The position numbers were made by a program, and so were the translations under genes. 23,907 bases of DNA. Source: Nanobdellota archaeon (lineage in GTDB: Archaea; Nanobdellota; Nanobdellia; Woesearchaeales; JACPBV01). Below, in pieces: positions 16,665 to 23,907 of this stretch. The stretch lies in assembly GCA_034660355.1 (NCBI GenBank), contig JAYEIZ010000331.1, positions 1-23,907 on the forward strand, written 5' to 3'. How positions within the stretch are numbered: position 1 is the stretch's first letter; the number at the start of each line of letters is the position of its first letter. The notes under the pieces are model-generated. The model saw only the letters and a list, made by a program, of their open reading frames with translations. It did no database searches and was not told where the DNA came from.

Positions 16665-17111
16665 TTAAAGCCGAATAATATGCTGTACCTTATAATTGGT
16701 TATCCTTTGCTCTAAACTAGAAACACTATCAGCAGGCAATTTTGAACCAATTCCAAAGTAAGGGGTGTTTGGTTGGATTAGGTAACTTTTGTTATTATTA
16801 ATCCTAGCTACAACTTCAGTCAATGTTTTGTGATTGTAACCTTCTTTTCCTTCTTTTAATTCATCATTTACTAATCCTAATAAGCTATTTGCTTCTCTAC
16901 CTGATTCCACATTAAAGTAACTATCTCCGATTTGTACATATAGGGGAATATCTCCATCATAAAATATAGATGCTTTTAATGGGCTGACCCCTTTATCTTC
17001 TTTACCTGATTGATTACCGCATGCGGCACCCAGCGTTAAAACTCCCACAGCGCCAGCCGATACACCTGCAGCACTCTTTAAGAAACTTCTTCTACTTATT
17101 TTATCATTCAT
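16665..17111 (-). CDS. Secreted protein of unknown function with a twin-arginine signal and possible lipobox
   Basis: Canonical Tat motif SRRSFLK, a hydrophobic stretch, then LGAACG. GGTGA SD 6 nt upstream of the ATG. Confidence 0.6.
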   Translation of the reverse strand: MNDKISRRSFLKSAAGVSAGAVGVLTLGAACGNQSGKEDKGVSPLKASIFYDGDIPLYVQIGDSYFNVESGREANSLLGLVNDELKEGKEGYNHKTLTEVVARINNNKSYLIQPNTPYFGIGSKLPADSVSSLEQRITNYKVQHIIRL

Positions 17112-17127
17112 AAGATTTCACCAACTT

Positions 17128-17271
17128 TTATTCATTCAAGAATAATTCATCCATTTCAAAAGAACTTAGCTTCTTCTTATTAAGTATTGCCATTTTTGGT
17201 TTTCTACCATGGCTTCCCCTTATTTCGTCTAATTCAAAGTCTTCGTCTTTTGATTCAAACATGTCTTCCAT
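17128..17271 (-). CDS. Unannotated small ORF, 47 aa, acidic (MEDMFESKDEDFELDEIRGSHGRKPKMAILNKKKLSSFEMDELFLNE)
   Basis: Hand-translated; below the ORF-track length cutoff. GGGTGA SD about 5 nt upstream of the ATG, and same strand as the flanking genes. No homology recognised. Confidence 0.35.
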   Translation of the reverse strand: MEDMFESKDEDFELDEIRGSHGRKPKMAILNKKKLSSFEMDELFLNE

Positions 17272-17305
17272 TTCATTCACCCAAAAATTTTTCAAATTTT
17301 TTCTA

Positions 17306-17335
17306 GTGCAGTAAAAAACTTCGTTTTTTATGCAC
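17306..17335 (-). promoter_or_regulatory. 13-bp stem-loop with one bulge and a 3-nt loop (gtgcaGtaaaaaac-ttc-gttttttatgcac); possible attenuator or terminator
   Basis: Read directly from the sequence. It spans the stop codon of the 40-aa ORF and contains or is followed by T6/T5 runs on the transcribed strand. Confidence 0.45.
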
Positions 17336-17450
17336 CACCTATAAAGCCTAATTTCTCATATTCTCTGAGCTTTTTTACTTCTTTATCTACCTCTTTTCTG
17401 TTCTCTTCCTTTATTCCATCATTAGTGCTTATCTTTTCTAGTAAACTCAT
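17328..17450 (-). CDS. Unannotated small ORF, 40 aa (MSLLEKISTNDGIKEENRKEVDKEVKKLREYEKLGFIGGA)
   Basis: Hand-translated. The ATG lies 26 nt downstream of a strong BRE/TATA (GAAAGG-TTTATATA), which is leaderless geometry. No homology recognised. Confidence 0.35.
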   Translation of the reverse strand: MSLLEKISTNDGIKEENRKEVDKEVKKLREYEKLGFIGGA

Positions 17451-17476
17451 AATAGAATATAACTAAAAATAGGTTG

Positions 17477-17490
17477 TATATAAACCTTTC
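17477..17490 (-). promoter_or_regulatory. BRE/TATA promoter (GAAAGG TTTATATA)
   Basis: Reverse complement of 17477-17490. Consensus archaeal TATA with a purine-rich BRE, 26 nt upstream of the ATG at 17450. Confidence 0.55.
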
Positions 17491-17518
17491 TATTTTGTTG
17501 TTATTTAAAAGTAGTAAC

Positions 17519-17830
17519 TTATTTTAGGCCAATCTTAGTATAGTTCTTACAGTCTAAACAATAATAAATTACCATCCTGTTTCTCGTCCTGACTCTACAG
17601 TTTACTGATGGTATCAATACTCCGTCACAGCGCTTACAAAGCTGCCTCTTGATTGTTTTAGGAAGCCTTATTTTGTGCTTCATATAAAGAAACTTTATCT
17701 TTTTAGAATATGTTTTAGAGAGCCTCTTATTTCCCTCTTTGTAGGCATTTTTAGCCCTTTTTAGCAATTTAGGGATTATTTCCTTGGCTTCCTTCTTTGC
17801 TTTGAGCTTTTTTAAGATTCTATTCCTCAT
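17519..17830 (-). CDS. rnp4: RNase P protein component 4 (Rpp21/Rpr2 family)
   Basis: Basic N-terminal helices followed by the zinc ribbon CKRCDGVLIPSVNCRVR...YYCLDCKNYT (CxxC...CxxC), typical of archaeal Rpp21. Confidence 0.8.
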   Translation of the reverse strand: MRNRILKKLKAKKEAKEIIPKLLKRAKNAYKEGNKRLSKTYSKKIKFLYMKHKIRLPKTIKRQLCKRCDGVLIPSVNCRVRTRNRMVIYYCLDCKNYTKIGLK

Positions 17831-17855
17831 ATCTTGTATTATATTTGTTAATGGT

Positions 17856-17869
17856 TATATTAACCTTTC
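17856..17869 (-). promoter_or_regulatory. BRE/TATA promoter (GAAAGG TTAATATA) for rnp4
   Basis: Reverse complement of 17856-17869, 25 nt upstream of the ATG at 17830. It is nearly identical to the 17477-17490 element. Confidence 0.5.
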
Positions 17870-17943
17870 TTTTTGATTATTATGTAAAAAATGTTTTACA
17901 AAATAGAAAAGTTTATATTCTAAATGTATATTATACTTTACAT

Positions 17944-18141
17944 ATGTATGCAAATAGTATAATGAAATATAGGAGATTATTGAAATTGAGGCAATCAGAC
18001 TTAGCAGAAGACCTAGGTGTTACTAGGCAGACTATAAATGCAATCGAGAATGGGAAGTACCTTCCTAATATGGAGTTAGCTTTTAGATTAGCAAAGGCAT
18101 TTAACTGTAATATTGAAGATATATTTTACATAAACAAATAG
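17944..18141 (+). CDS. XRE-family helix-turn-helix transcriptional regulator (COG1476-like)
   Basis: LRQSDLAEDLGVTRQTINAIENGKYLPNMELAFRLAKAFNCNIEDIF is a classic Cro/CI HTH. The start is ambiguous: ATG 17944 or 17962, and each lies ~25 nt from a TATA-like box. The TTG start at 17845 in the track reads through promoter DNA. Confidence 0.8.
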   Translation: MYANSIMKYRRLLKLRQSDLAEDLGVTRQTINAIENGKYLPNMELAFRLAKAFNCNIEDIFYINK

Positions 18142-18173
18142 TTTTTAAATTCTTCTTAATTTCCTTATTTAAA

Positions 18174-19439
18174 ATGTTTAACTTTCTTAAGAGGCTGTTT
18201 TTTGAGCAGGAGAAACCAAAGGTAGTAGAGAAAGAGGAGATTGAACCAGATAATCTGGAGAATTGGTTTCAACATAAAACTAATAAGGTGTATAGTGACT
18301 TAGATGTAAGTGTTAAGAAGCTAAAAGGTAACATAGAAGAGAATGTTCTAAAAACAAAAGATAATCTAGCTTTGTTAGGCACAGCAAAACTTCATAATCC
18401 TAAGATAAGTGTTAGGGAAAAGCAATTTATGGAAGGCAATAGGAAGGCATATATTCTTGGAGTTAATAATTTCTTAAGATCAGTTAGGTTAGAGGAAAAA
18501 GAATATCTAAAATTGCTGGAATTATGTTCTGATTTTGGTCTTAAATTGGATAAATTTAGTAAATCAACTGCGCGCCCATATCATATCTTACAGGAATTTT
18601 TTGCTAATGAGAGCAAGAACATAGCAATCAACATAAAAAATCTAGAATCTTCAATCAAGGGGCTTGAAAGTAGTATAAAGAATACACATATAGATCAGAT
18701 AGATAAGACCAAAGAAGAGATAATCAGCTTGAACAATAAAATAAAACAAAAAAAGGATCTTGATAATTTATTAGGGGAGAAGGGTAAGATTAAGGAAGGA
18801 TTAATCAAAAATAAGGAAGAAATCAGCAATAAACTAAGTGAGTTACTTAAAAGCAAAGAATATGCCCATCTTAATGATTTGAAAGCTAATAAAGAGGTCT
18901 TTTTAGCTAGTATAAGGGAGCATAATACGAAGGTAATTCATGCTTTTTCTGTTATGGAAAAGCCATTGAAGAAGATGGTTCGAGTTGTTTTAGAGGATGC
19001 TAATCTGTTAGAGGAATATATGAAAGATTCTGTTAATGCTTTAATAAAGGATTCTAATCTGAAGATAATCGGCTTATTAGTTAAATTGAAAAACAACATT
19101 AATAATTATACTTTGGAACTTAAGGATAAGAAAAGAGAAAAGGTTCTTGAAACAATTAGCGGGTTAACAGAGGAATTTCTTAGGGAGTTTATCAACAAGC
19201 ATAAAGAACTAAATGAGAAGTTAGAGAATATAGAAACAGAGATTGATACAAATGGGTCTCTTAAAGAGGAGAATAAACTTAATTATGAATTGAGTAATGT
19301 TAATGATAATCTTGAAAAAGTGGGTGATGAGATCAATAATAATCATAAAGAGTTAGGTAAGATAGATATAAAAGAAATGAAACATAGTTTACAAAAAGAA
19401 ATGAACAATTTGTTGAAGGCAGAGATTGTTATTTCTTGA
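18174..19439 (+). CDS. Hypothetical 421-aa K/E/N-rich coiled-coil protein
   Basis: Long intact ORF with heptad-like helical sequence throughout and no enzymatic motif. Short internal peptide repeat LESSIKGLESSIK. Confidence 0.6.
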   Translation: MFNFLKRLFFEQEKPKVVEKEEIEPDNLENWFQHKTNKVYSDLDVSVKKLKGNIEENVLKTKDNLALLGTAKLHNPKISVREKQFMEGNRKAYILGVNNFLRSVRLEEKEYLKLLELCSDFGLKLDKFSKSTARPYHILQEFFANESKNIAINIKNLESSIKGLESSIKNTHIDQIDKTKEEIISLNNKIKQKKDLDNLLGEKGKIKEGLIKNKEEISNKLSELLKSKEYAHLNDLKANKEVFLASIREHNTKVIHAFSVMEKPLKKMVRVVLEDANLLEEYMKDSVNALIKDSNLKIIGLLVKLKNNINNYTLELKDKKREKVLETISGLTEEFLREFINKHKELNEKLENIETEIDTNGSLKEENKLNYELSNVNDNLEKVGDEINNNHKELGKIDIKEMKHSLQKEMNNLLKAEIVIS

Positions 19440-20661
19440 GATAATCTTTATTACCTCTTAGTGCTTCTAATGCTTCTAAAGTGCCTTTTGTGTAAAGTTG
19501 TATTGATGCTCCCCCCCCTGTGGAGATTACTTTGTTAGGGATTCCTTCTGACGCTGTTATTGAATCGCCACCACCAATAATTACATAAGCATCTTTGTTA
19601 ATTGCATTTTTGAAGTCGTCTGTTCCTTTGGCAAACGGAAATTCTCCATTGACTTCTATATCGCTAATGCCAATATTCCCAAACCACATAACCACTTGTG
19701 CTTTAGCTATATCTTCTCTGATTTTGTCATCTACTACAATATCTGCTATTATATAACCTTCTGGTACGCCGTCTTTAATCTCTATTGCCTTTATATCGCT
19801 GTAATCTTCTTTTTTTGCTATTACAACCTTATCTGCTAAAACTAGGTTGCTTGCATTTTCTACAAGCTCTTTTCCTTTCCCAGTATAATCATTACTCTTT
19901 TCAGCTACCATGGAAGAACCTACATCAATTCCTTTTCCAGCCATAACTATGTTGTAGATTGCGCCACCAATAAGAACAGCATCAACTGATTTATACAGTT
20001 TACCTGCTGCGTTTGTTTTTTCTTTTAGCTTTGCACCACCTATGACTAAAAGCTTATATCCTTCTTTTTTCCTCGCTTCTTCCCAGAGCTTAAGCTCTTT
20101 GTCCATAAGGAAACCTGCAACAGCTGGTTTGTTTTGTTCTATTAGGTAAAGTGGCACACCAAATGAAGAAGCATGTGCTCTATGCGCTACTCCGAAACCA
20201 TCAAATACATATATGTCTGCAAGTTTTGCAAGAGATTCTATAAAGATAGGATCATTTTTTCCTTCTCCCTCATGCAACCTTAAGTTTTCAAGCATTACAA
20301 CAGACCCATCTTCCATCCCATTCACAATACTTTCTACCTCAGAGCCAACACAATCTGGGGCAAGCCTGACTTCTTTACTTATGAGGTCTCCCAGATGAGC
20401 AACAACAGGCGCCAGACTCGAATCTTTTTTGGCTTCTTCGAGTGATTTGCCTGATTCCAATTCTTCTTGAGGCCTTCCAAAATGAGCCATGAGAATTATT
20501 TTTGCATTATTCTTAATTAGATAATTGATGGTTTCTAAAGATTCCCTTATTCTTGTATCATCTTCTACTTTACCTTTCTTTACTTTGACATTATAGTCAA
20601 CCCTTACAAGAACTCGTTTTCCAGAAACATCTAATCCGTCTAATACTTTATATTCCCCCAT
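19429..20661 (-). CDS. pgk: Phosphoglycerate kinase
   Basis: GKRVLVRVDYNV, FGRP, GFGVAHRAHAS, IGGGDS, STGGGASIQL. I prefer the ATG at 20661 (GGGGGTGA SD upstream) to the GTG at 20670. Confidence 0.9.
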   Translation of the reverse strand: MGEYKVLDGLDVSGKRVLVRVDYNVKVKKGKVEDDTRIRESLETINYLIKNNAKIILMAHFGRPQEELESGKSLEEAKKDSSLAPVVAHLGDLISKEVRLAPDCVGSEVESIVNGMEDGSVVMLENLRLHEGEGKNDPIFIESLAKLADIYVFDGFGVAHRAHASSFGVPLYLIEQNKPAVAGFLMDKELKLWEEARKKEGYKLLVIGGAKLKEKTNAAGKLYKSVDAVLIGGAIYNIVMAGKGIDVGSSMVAEKSNDYTGKGKELVENASNLVLADKVVIAKKEDYSDIKAIEIKDGVPEGYIIADIVVDDKIREDIAKAQVVMWFGNIGISDIEVNGEFPFAKGTDDFKNAINKDAYVIIGGGDSITASEGIPNKVISTGGGASIQLYTKGTLEALEALRGNKDYLKK

Positions 20662-20706
20662 ATGATTCACCCCCTAATAAATAATTTTATGCTGATTATA
20701 TAAGCT

Positions 20707-21858
20707 TTATTGTCTTTTACTTAATAGTTTGCCTAGCCGCTCTAAAGGTTCGCCAAGGATGCTTTTTTTGATGTCAATAGCATCATAATTGCATATTTCA
20801 TGACAACAGAAACATCTTATACAGTCTTTTTTATTGATCCATGCAACTTGCTTTTTGCCATATTTTTTTAGGTGAATTGTTTTAGCAGGACATATCCTTA
20901 TACATTCTTGGCAAGCTACACATTTCTTGCTGTTTACTTTGGGTTTTGAGACTATGAGGTTATGTATAATCTCATGTACAAATTTTGGTAACCCAAACTG
21001 AATAGAATTGACTTCAGGATGCTTAAAATTAATCTTTACCTCATCCAGTTTCTCACCAGTGATCTTTATGTTTTCTATGAAATCCTTTTCTTTTAGTCTT
21101 AGACCAACCCTATTTGTCCAGAAATCTAATGGGTTAAAGCTTACTACCTTACACATGACTATATCGAGAGCCAGAGCATCATGAGATGATGCAATCAATC
21201 CAACTTTTTTTGATGTGCCGTTAGTTGGGCCATTGCCTTCCATGCCAAATACTGCATCAATTATGTTAATATTAGGCTTAATGAAGTTATGAACATCTAA
21301 TAGCATCATTGCAAACTTCTCTTTATCAGCTAATTTTAGATGCAACTTACTTTTGTTGAGTCCTGGTATAAATCCAAAGGTGTTTTTTACTGCAAATGTA
21401 ATTCCCATCTGTACGTGTGTTTTTAGCTTTGGAAGATTGATTATGTAATCAACTTCATCAATAATCTTTGCAAAATCGTGCCTTTTTATCAGCATAGCAT
21501 CTTCTATCAGATAGCTTTTCTTATCTGTAAAATCTACAAAAGGAACGTTTTCTTCCTTGCAAACATCCAATATTCCGCAAACTTTAGCAGTGGTTTTAGG
21601 ATCATGAAAACCGGGACCATCACCAACAAAAACATTACATTTCTTTTCTTTCAGAAGTTTTATCACTGCTTTTACGATAGAAGGATGAGTAGTTGTATTC
21701 GTGTTTGGGTGAGATGGCCTTAGTAAATTAGGTTTTATCAAAACTTTAGAATTATCTTTTATCTTTAATCCATCAATCAGTTCAACACTTTTCTTAACAG
21801 CATTGTAGACTTCTTTATCATCATATGAAGAACATTTTACCAGGGATACTTTTTCCAT
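20707..21858 (-). CDS. DUF362-domain protein with C-terminal 2x[4Fe-4S] ferredoxin domain
   Basis: DUF362-like N-terminus (KVLIKPNLL...TTHPSIVKAVIKLLKE...VGDGPG) and two Cys clusters, CVACQECIRICP and CIRCFCCHEICN. Confidence 0.75.
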   Translation of the reverse strand: MEKVSLVKCSSYDDKEVYNAVKKSVELIDGLKIKDNSKVLIKPNLLRPSHPNTNTTTHPSIVKAVIKLLKEKKCNVFVGDGPGFHDPKTTAKVCGILDVCKEENVPFVDFTDKKSYLIEDAMLIKRHDFAKIIDEVDYIINLPKLKTHVQMGITFAVKNTFGFIPGLNKSKLHLKLADKEKFAMMLLDVHNFIKPNINIIDAVFGMEGNGPTNGTSKKVGLIASSHDALALDIVMCKVVSFNPLDFWTNRVGLRLKEKDFIENIKITGEKLDEVKINFKHPEVNSIQFGLPKFVHEIIHNLIVSKPKVNSKKCVACQECIRICPAKTIHLKKYGKKQVAWINKKDCIRCFCCHEICNYDAIDIKKSILGEPLERLGKLLSKRQ

Positions 21859-21897
21859 AGTGGTGAGTAGTGCTGTTTTTTTTATAAGGGTTTTGTT

Positions 21898-21915
21898 TGG
21901 TAAAATAAAAAAAAA
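21898..21915 (-). terminator. Oligo-T tract directly after the pyrophosphatase stop (archaeal-type intrinsic termination signal)
   Basis: The transcribed strand reads TAA-TTTTTTTTTATTTTACC immediately after the stop at 21916-21918. Confidence 0.45.
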
Positions 21916-23907
21916 TTAAATAAAAAGCGGTAGGAAAACTAACGCTATGATTGAGATTAGTTTAATGAGTATGTTAAGGGCCGGAGAGCTTGTATCTTTG
22001 CAAGGGTCCCCTACGGTGTCTCCGATAACTGCTGCTTTATGGGCGTCGCTTCCTTTACCACCAAAATGACCTGCTTCAATATATTTCTTAGCATTATCCC
22101 ATGTAGCACCGGCATTAGCCATAAACACAGCCATTAAAAATCCAACAACTGTTGCTCCTGCGAGTAATCCCCCAACAGCCTCTACCCCTAAAAATATACC
22201 TACTAAAATAGGTGTAACTAATGTTATTAAAGTGGGAAGTATCATCTGTTTTAGTGCAGCCCCAGTTACAATTGAAACGCATTTTTCGCTATCTGGCTTT
22301 GCCTTTCCCTGCATCAGCCCTTTTATCTGCTTAAACTGCCTTCTAACCTCCTGAACAATACTCTCTGCAGCTCTTCCTACTGCCTTCATGGCCAGAGCTG
22401 AGAAGACAAAGGGTAACACTCCACCTATGAACAATCCGATAATAACCGTGGGTGTTGTTATATCAATTACAGTTGCTTTTCCTGTTAATTGTGCAGCTAC
22501 TTGTGTGAAAGATGCAAATAACGCTAAAGCAGTTAATCCAGCTGAACCAATAGCAAATCCTTTTCCTATTGCTGCTGTAGTATTCCCTATAGCATCCAGC
22601 CCTTCACACCTTTTTCTTGCATTCCCGCCTAGTTTTGCCATCTCTGCAATCCCTGCAGCATTATCTGCAACAGGGCCATAACAATCTGTAGCTAAAGTTA
22701 TACCTAAAGTTGAAAGCATACCAACAGCTGCAATTGCAATTCCATATAGCCCTGAAAAATGATATGATACATAAATTGCAAGGCAGATAGTTAAAACTGG
22801 TATTAATGTAGAGAACATACCAACAGATAAGCCTTGAATCAAATTAGTTCCTGCTCCAGTCTGTGCTGCTTCAGCAACCTCTTGAGTTGGCTTTTTATGG
22901 TCAGATGTATAATACTCTGTAGAGAGCCCAATTATTATCCCACCAACAAGTCCAGCAAGCATAGAATAAAAAACACCTAAGCCGTGAGAGTTAGGAATAA
23001 TGTATCCTATGACAAAGAATGATAAGATTGCCATAATAACAGAAGCGCCCCATATTCCTTTATCTAATGCGTGTTGTGCTTTTCCTTTAGTAACCCTAAC
23101 AAAGAATGTTCCAATTATTGAAGATAGTATGCCGAGGCCAGCTAAGATTAAAGGCAAAATAACATATCCTTTATCTATCTTTGTTGCTATACCTAAGATT
23201 GTAGTACCAATGACCATTGCTGCAATTATAGAATCAACATAACTCTCAAAGAGATCTGCTCCCATTCCGGCTATGTCGCCAACATTATCTCCTACATTAT
23301 CTGCAATTACTGCAGGATTTCTTGGGTCGTCTTCTGGGATGCCTGCTTCTACCTTTCCAACAAGATCAGCTCCAACATCAGCAGCTTTTGTAAAAATTCC
23401 TCCACCAACCCTTGCAAAAAGGGCAATTGATGAAGCGCCAAAACCGAATCCATAGATTATATTTGGGTCGCCAAATATTAAGTAAAGAAGTGTAACTCCT
23501 AGCAACCCTAGACCAACAACACATAGCCCCATAACTGTGCCTGAAGAAAAAGCGATATTCAATCCTTCATTTATGGATTTCTTAGATCCTTCAGTTGTTC
23601 TAGCATTTGCTTTTGTGGCAATTCTCATCCCAATATTTCCTGCAACTGCAGAGAATACTGCTCCAATAACAAATGCCATTGCAATATTAGACCCAATAAA
23701 AAAATACAAGGCAATAGCAACAACCAATGCAAATACTGCCAGTATTTTATACTCTTTACTGAGAAAAGTCATAGCCCCCTTATGGATAAGCTCAGAGAGC
23801 TCCTTCATCTTCTCATTTCCAGCAGATTTTCTCATTACACCTATACCTTTATGTAATGCAAATAACAAAGATAACACACTAATCCCAAGTATTACATATA
23901 ATATCAT
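21916..23907 (-). CDS. hppA: Membrane-integral ion-translocating pyrophosphatase (V-PPase), K+-dependent type
   Basis: DNVGDNVGDIAGMGADLFESY, GNTTAAIGKGFAIGSA, DNAKKYIE, GDTVGDPCKDTSSPALNILIKL. The ORF begins with an ATG exactly at the window edge, so the N-terminus may be complete or slightly truncated. Confidence 0.9.
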   Translation of the reverse strand: MILYVILGISVLSLLFALHKGIGVMRKSAGNEKMKELSELIHKGAMTFLSKEYKILAVFALVVAIALYFFIGSNIAMAFVIGAVFSAVAGNIGMRIATKANARTTEGSKKSINEGLNIAFSSGTVMGLCVVGLGLLGVTLLYLIFGDPNIIYGFGFGASSIALFARVGGGIFTKAADVGADLVGKVEAGIPEDDPRNPAVIADNVGDNVGDIAGMGADLFESYVDSIIAAMVIGTTILGIATKIDKGYVILPLILAGLGILSSIIGTFFVRVTKGKAQHALDKGIWGASVIMAILSFFVIGYIIPNSHGLGVFYSMLAGLVGGIIIGLSTEYYTSDHKKPTQEVAEAAQTGAGTNLIQGLSVGMFSTLIPVLTICLAIYVSYHFSGLYGIAIAAVGMLSTLGITLATDCYGPVADNAAGIAEMAKLGGNARKRCEGLDAIGNTTAAIGKGFAIGSAGLTALALFASFTQVAAQLTGKATVIDITTPTVIIGLFIGGVLPFVFSALAMKAVGRAAESIVQEVRRQFKQIKGLMQGKAKPDSEKCVSIVTGAALKQMILPTLITLVTPILVGIFLGVEAVGGLLAGATVVGFLMAVFMANAGATWDNAKKYIEAGHFGGKGSDAHKAAVIGDTVGDPCKDTSSPALNILIKLISIIALVFLPLFI

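Noticed and set aside
17328-17450. The 40-aa ORF ending in GGA as a ubiquitin-like SAMP/Urm1-type modifier.
   Set aside because: It is far too short for a beta-grasp fold and is predicted to be helical and charged. It ends in GGA rather than GG, and no E1-like or JAMM gene is nearby.
17845-17943. TTG-initiated N-terminal extension of the XRE gene.
   Set aside because: The extension reads through AT-rich promoter DNA containing the TATA-like boxes and adds a hydrophobic or aromatic peptide not found in XRE proteins.
19511-19518. C8/G8 homopolymer inside pgk as a frameshift or pseudogene signal.
   Set aside because: The reading frame is intact, and the run encodes the conserved STGGGAS motif. 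It is only an unusual codon choice (GGG GGG GGA) for an AT-rich genome.
1-23907. Scan for tRNA, rRNA, C/D-box sRNA, CRISPR repeats, IS elements and large direct or inverted repeats.
   Set aside because: I saw no GC-rich structured islands in the few intergenic gaps, no periodic repeats, and no transposase or integrase ORFs. An eye scan cannot exclude small ncRNAs, so tRNAscan/Infernal should be run.

Overview
Dense, visibly AT-rich archaeal chromosomal window. Lineage markers: CDP-archaeol synthase, RNase P Rpp21, a Dph2 fragment, a HerA-type ATPase, a GTPase/DUF2073/Zn-ribbon trio, and BRE/TATA boxes about 25 nt upstream of first-gene ATGs. The compaction (ATGA start/stop overlaps, convergent genes that abut or overlap) suggests a streamlined, probably uncultivated (DPANN-like) archaeon; that is only a guess. 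I support about 33 protein genes. I found no rRNA, tRNA, CRISPR array, transposase or integrase. Housekeeping content: gatC/gatA/gatB, pgk, rpiB, a membrane pyrophosphatase, a cyclophilin and a Nudix hydrolase. Most interesting items: (1) a UPF0175-like HTH protein, a COG2405/DUF3368-like PIN protein and a HerA-like ATPase, next to a Rad50-less Mre11-like phosphoesterase with an altered motif III and with no NurA; (2) a tight PHP-phosphoesterase/carS/psd/tandem CDP-alcohol-phosphatidyltransferase operon, which looks like a complete archaeal lipid head-group module with a candidate missing phosphatase; (3) a gatCAB operon interrupted by a lipoprotein cyclophilin and a pyruvate-kinase-C-terminal-like protein; (4) an 80-aa Dph2 N-terminal remnant coupled to the Nudix gene; (5) two unannotated small ORFs plus a strong hairpin in the leader of a long operon. 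All functional calls come from reading motifs in the supplied translations. No database search was run.
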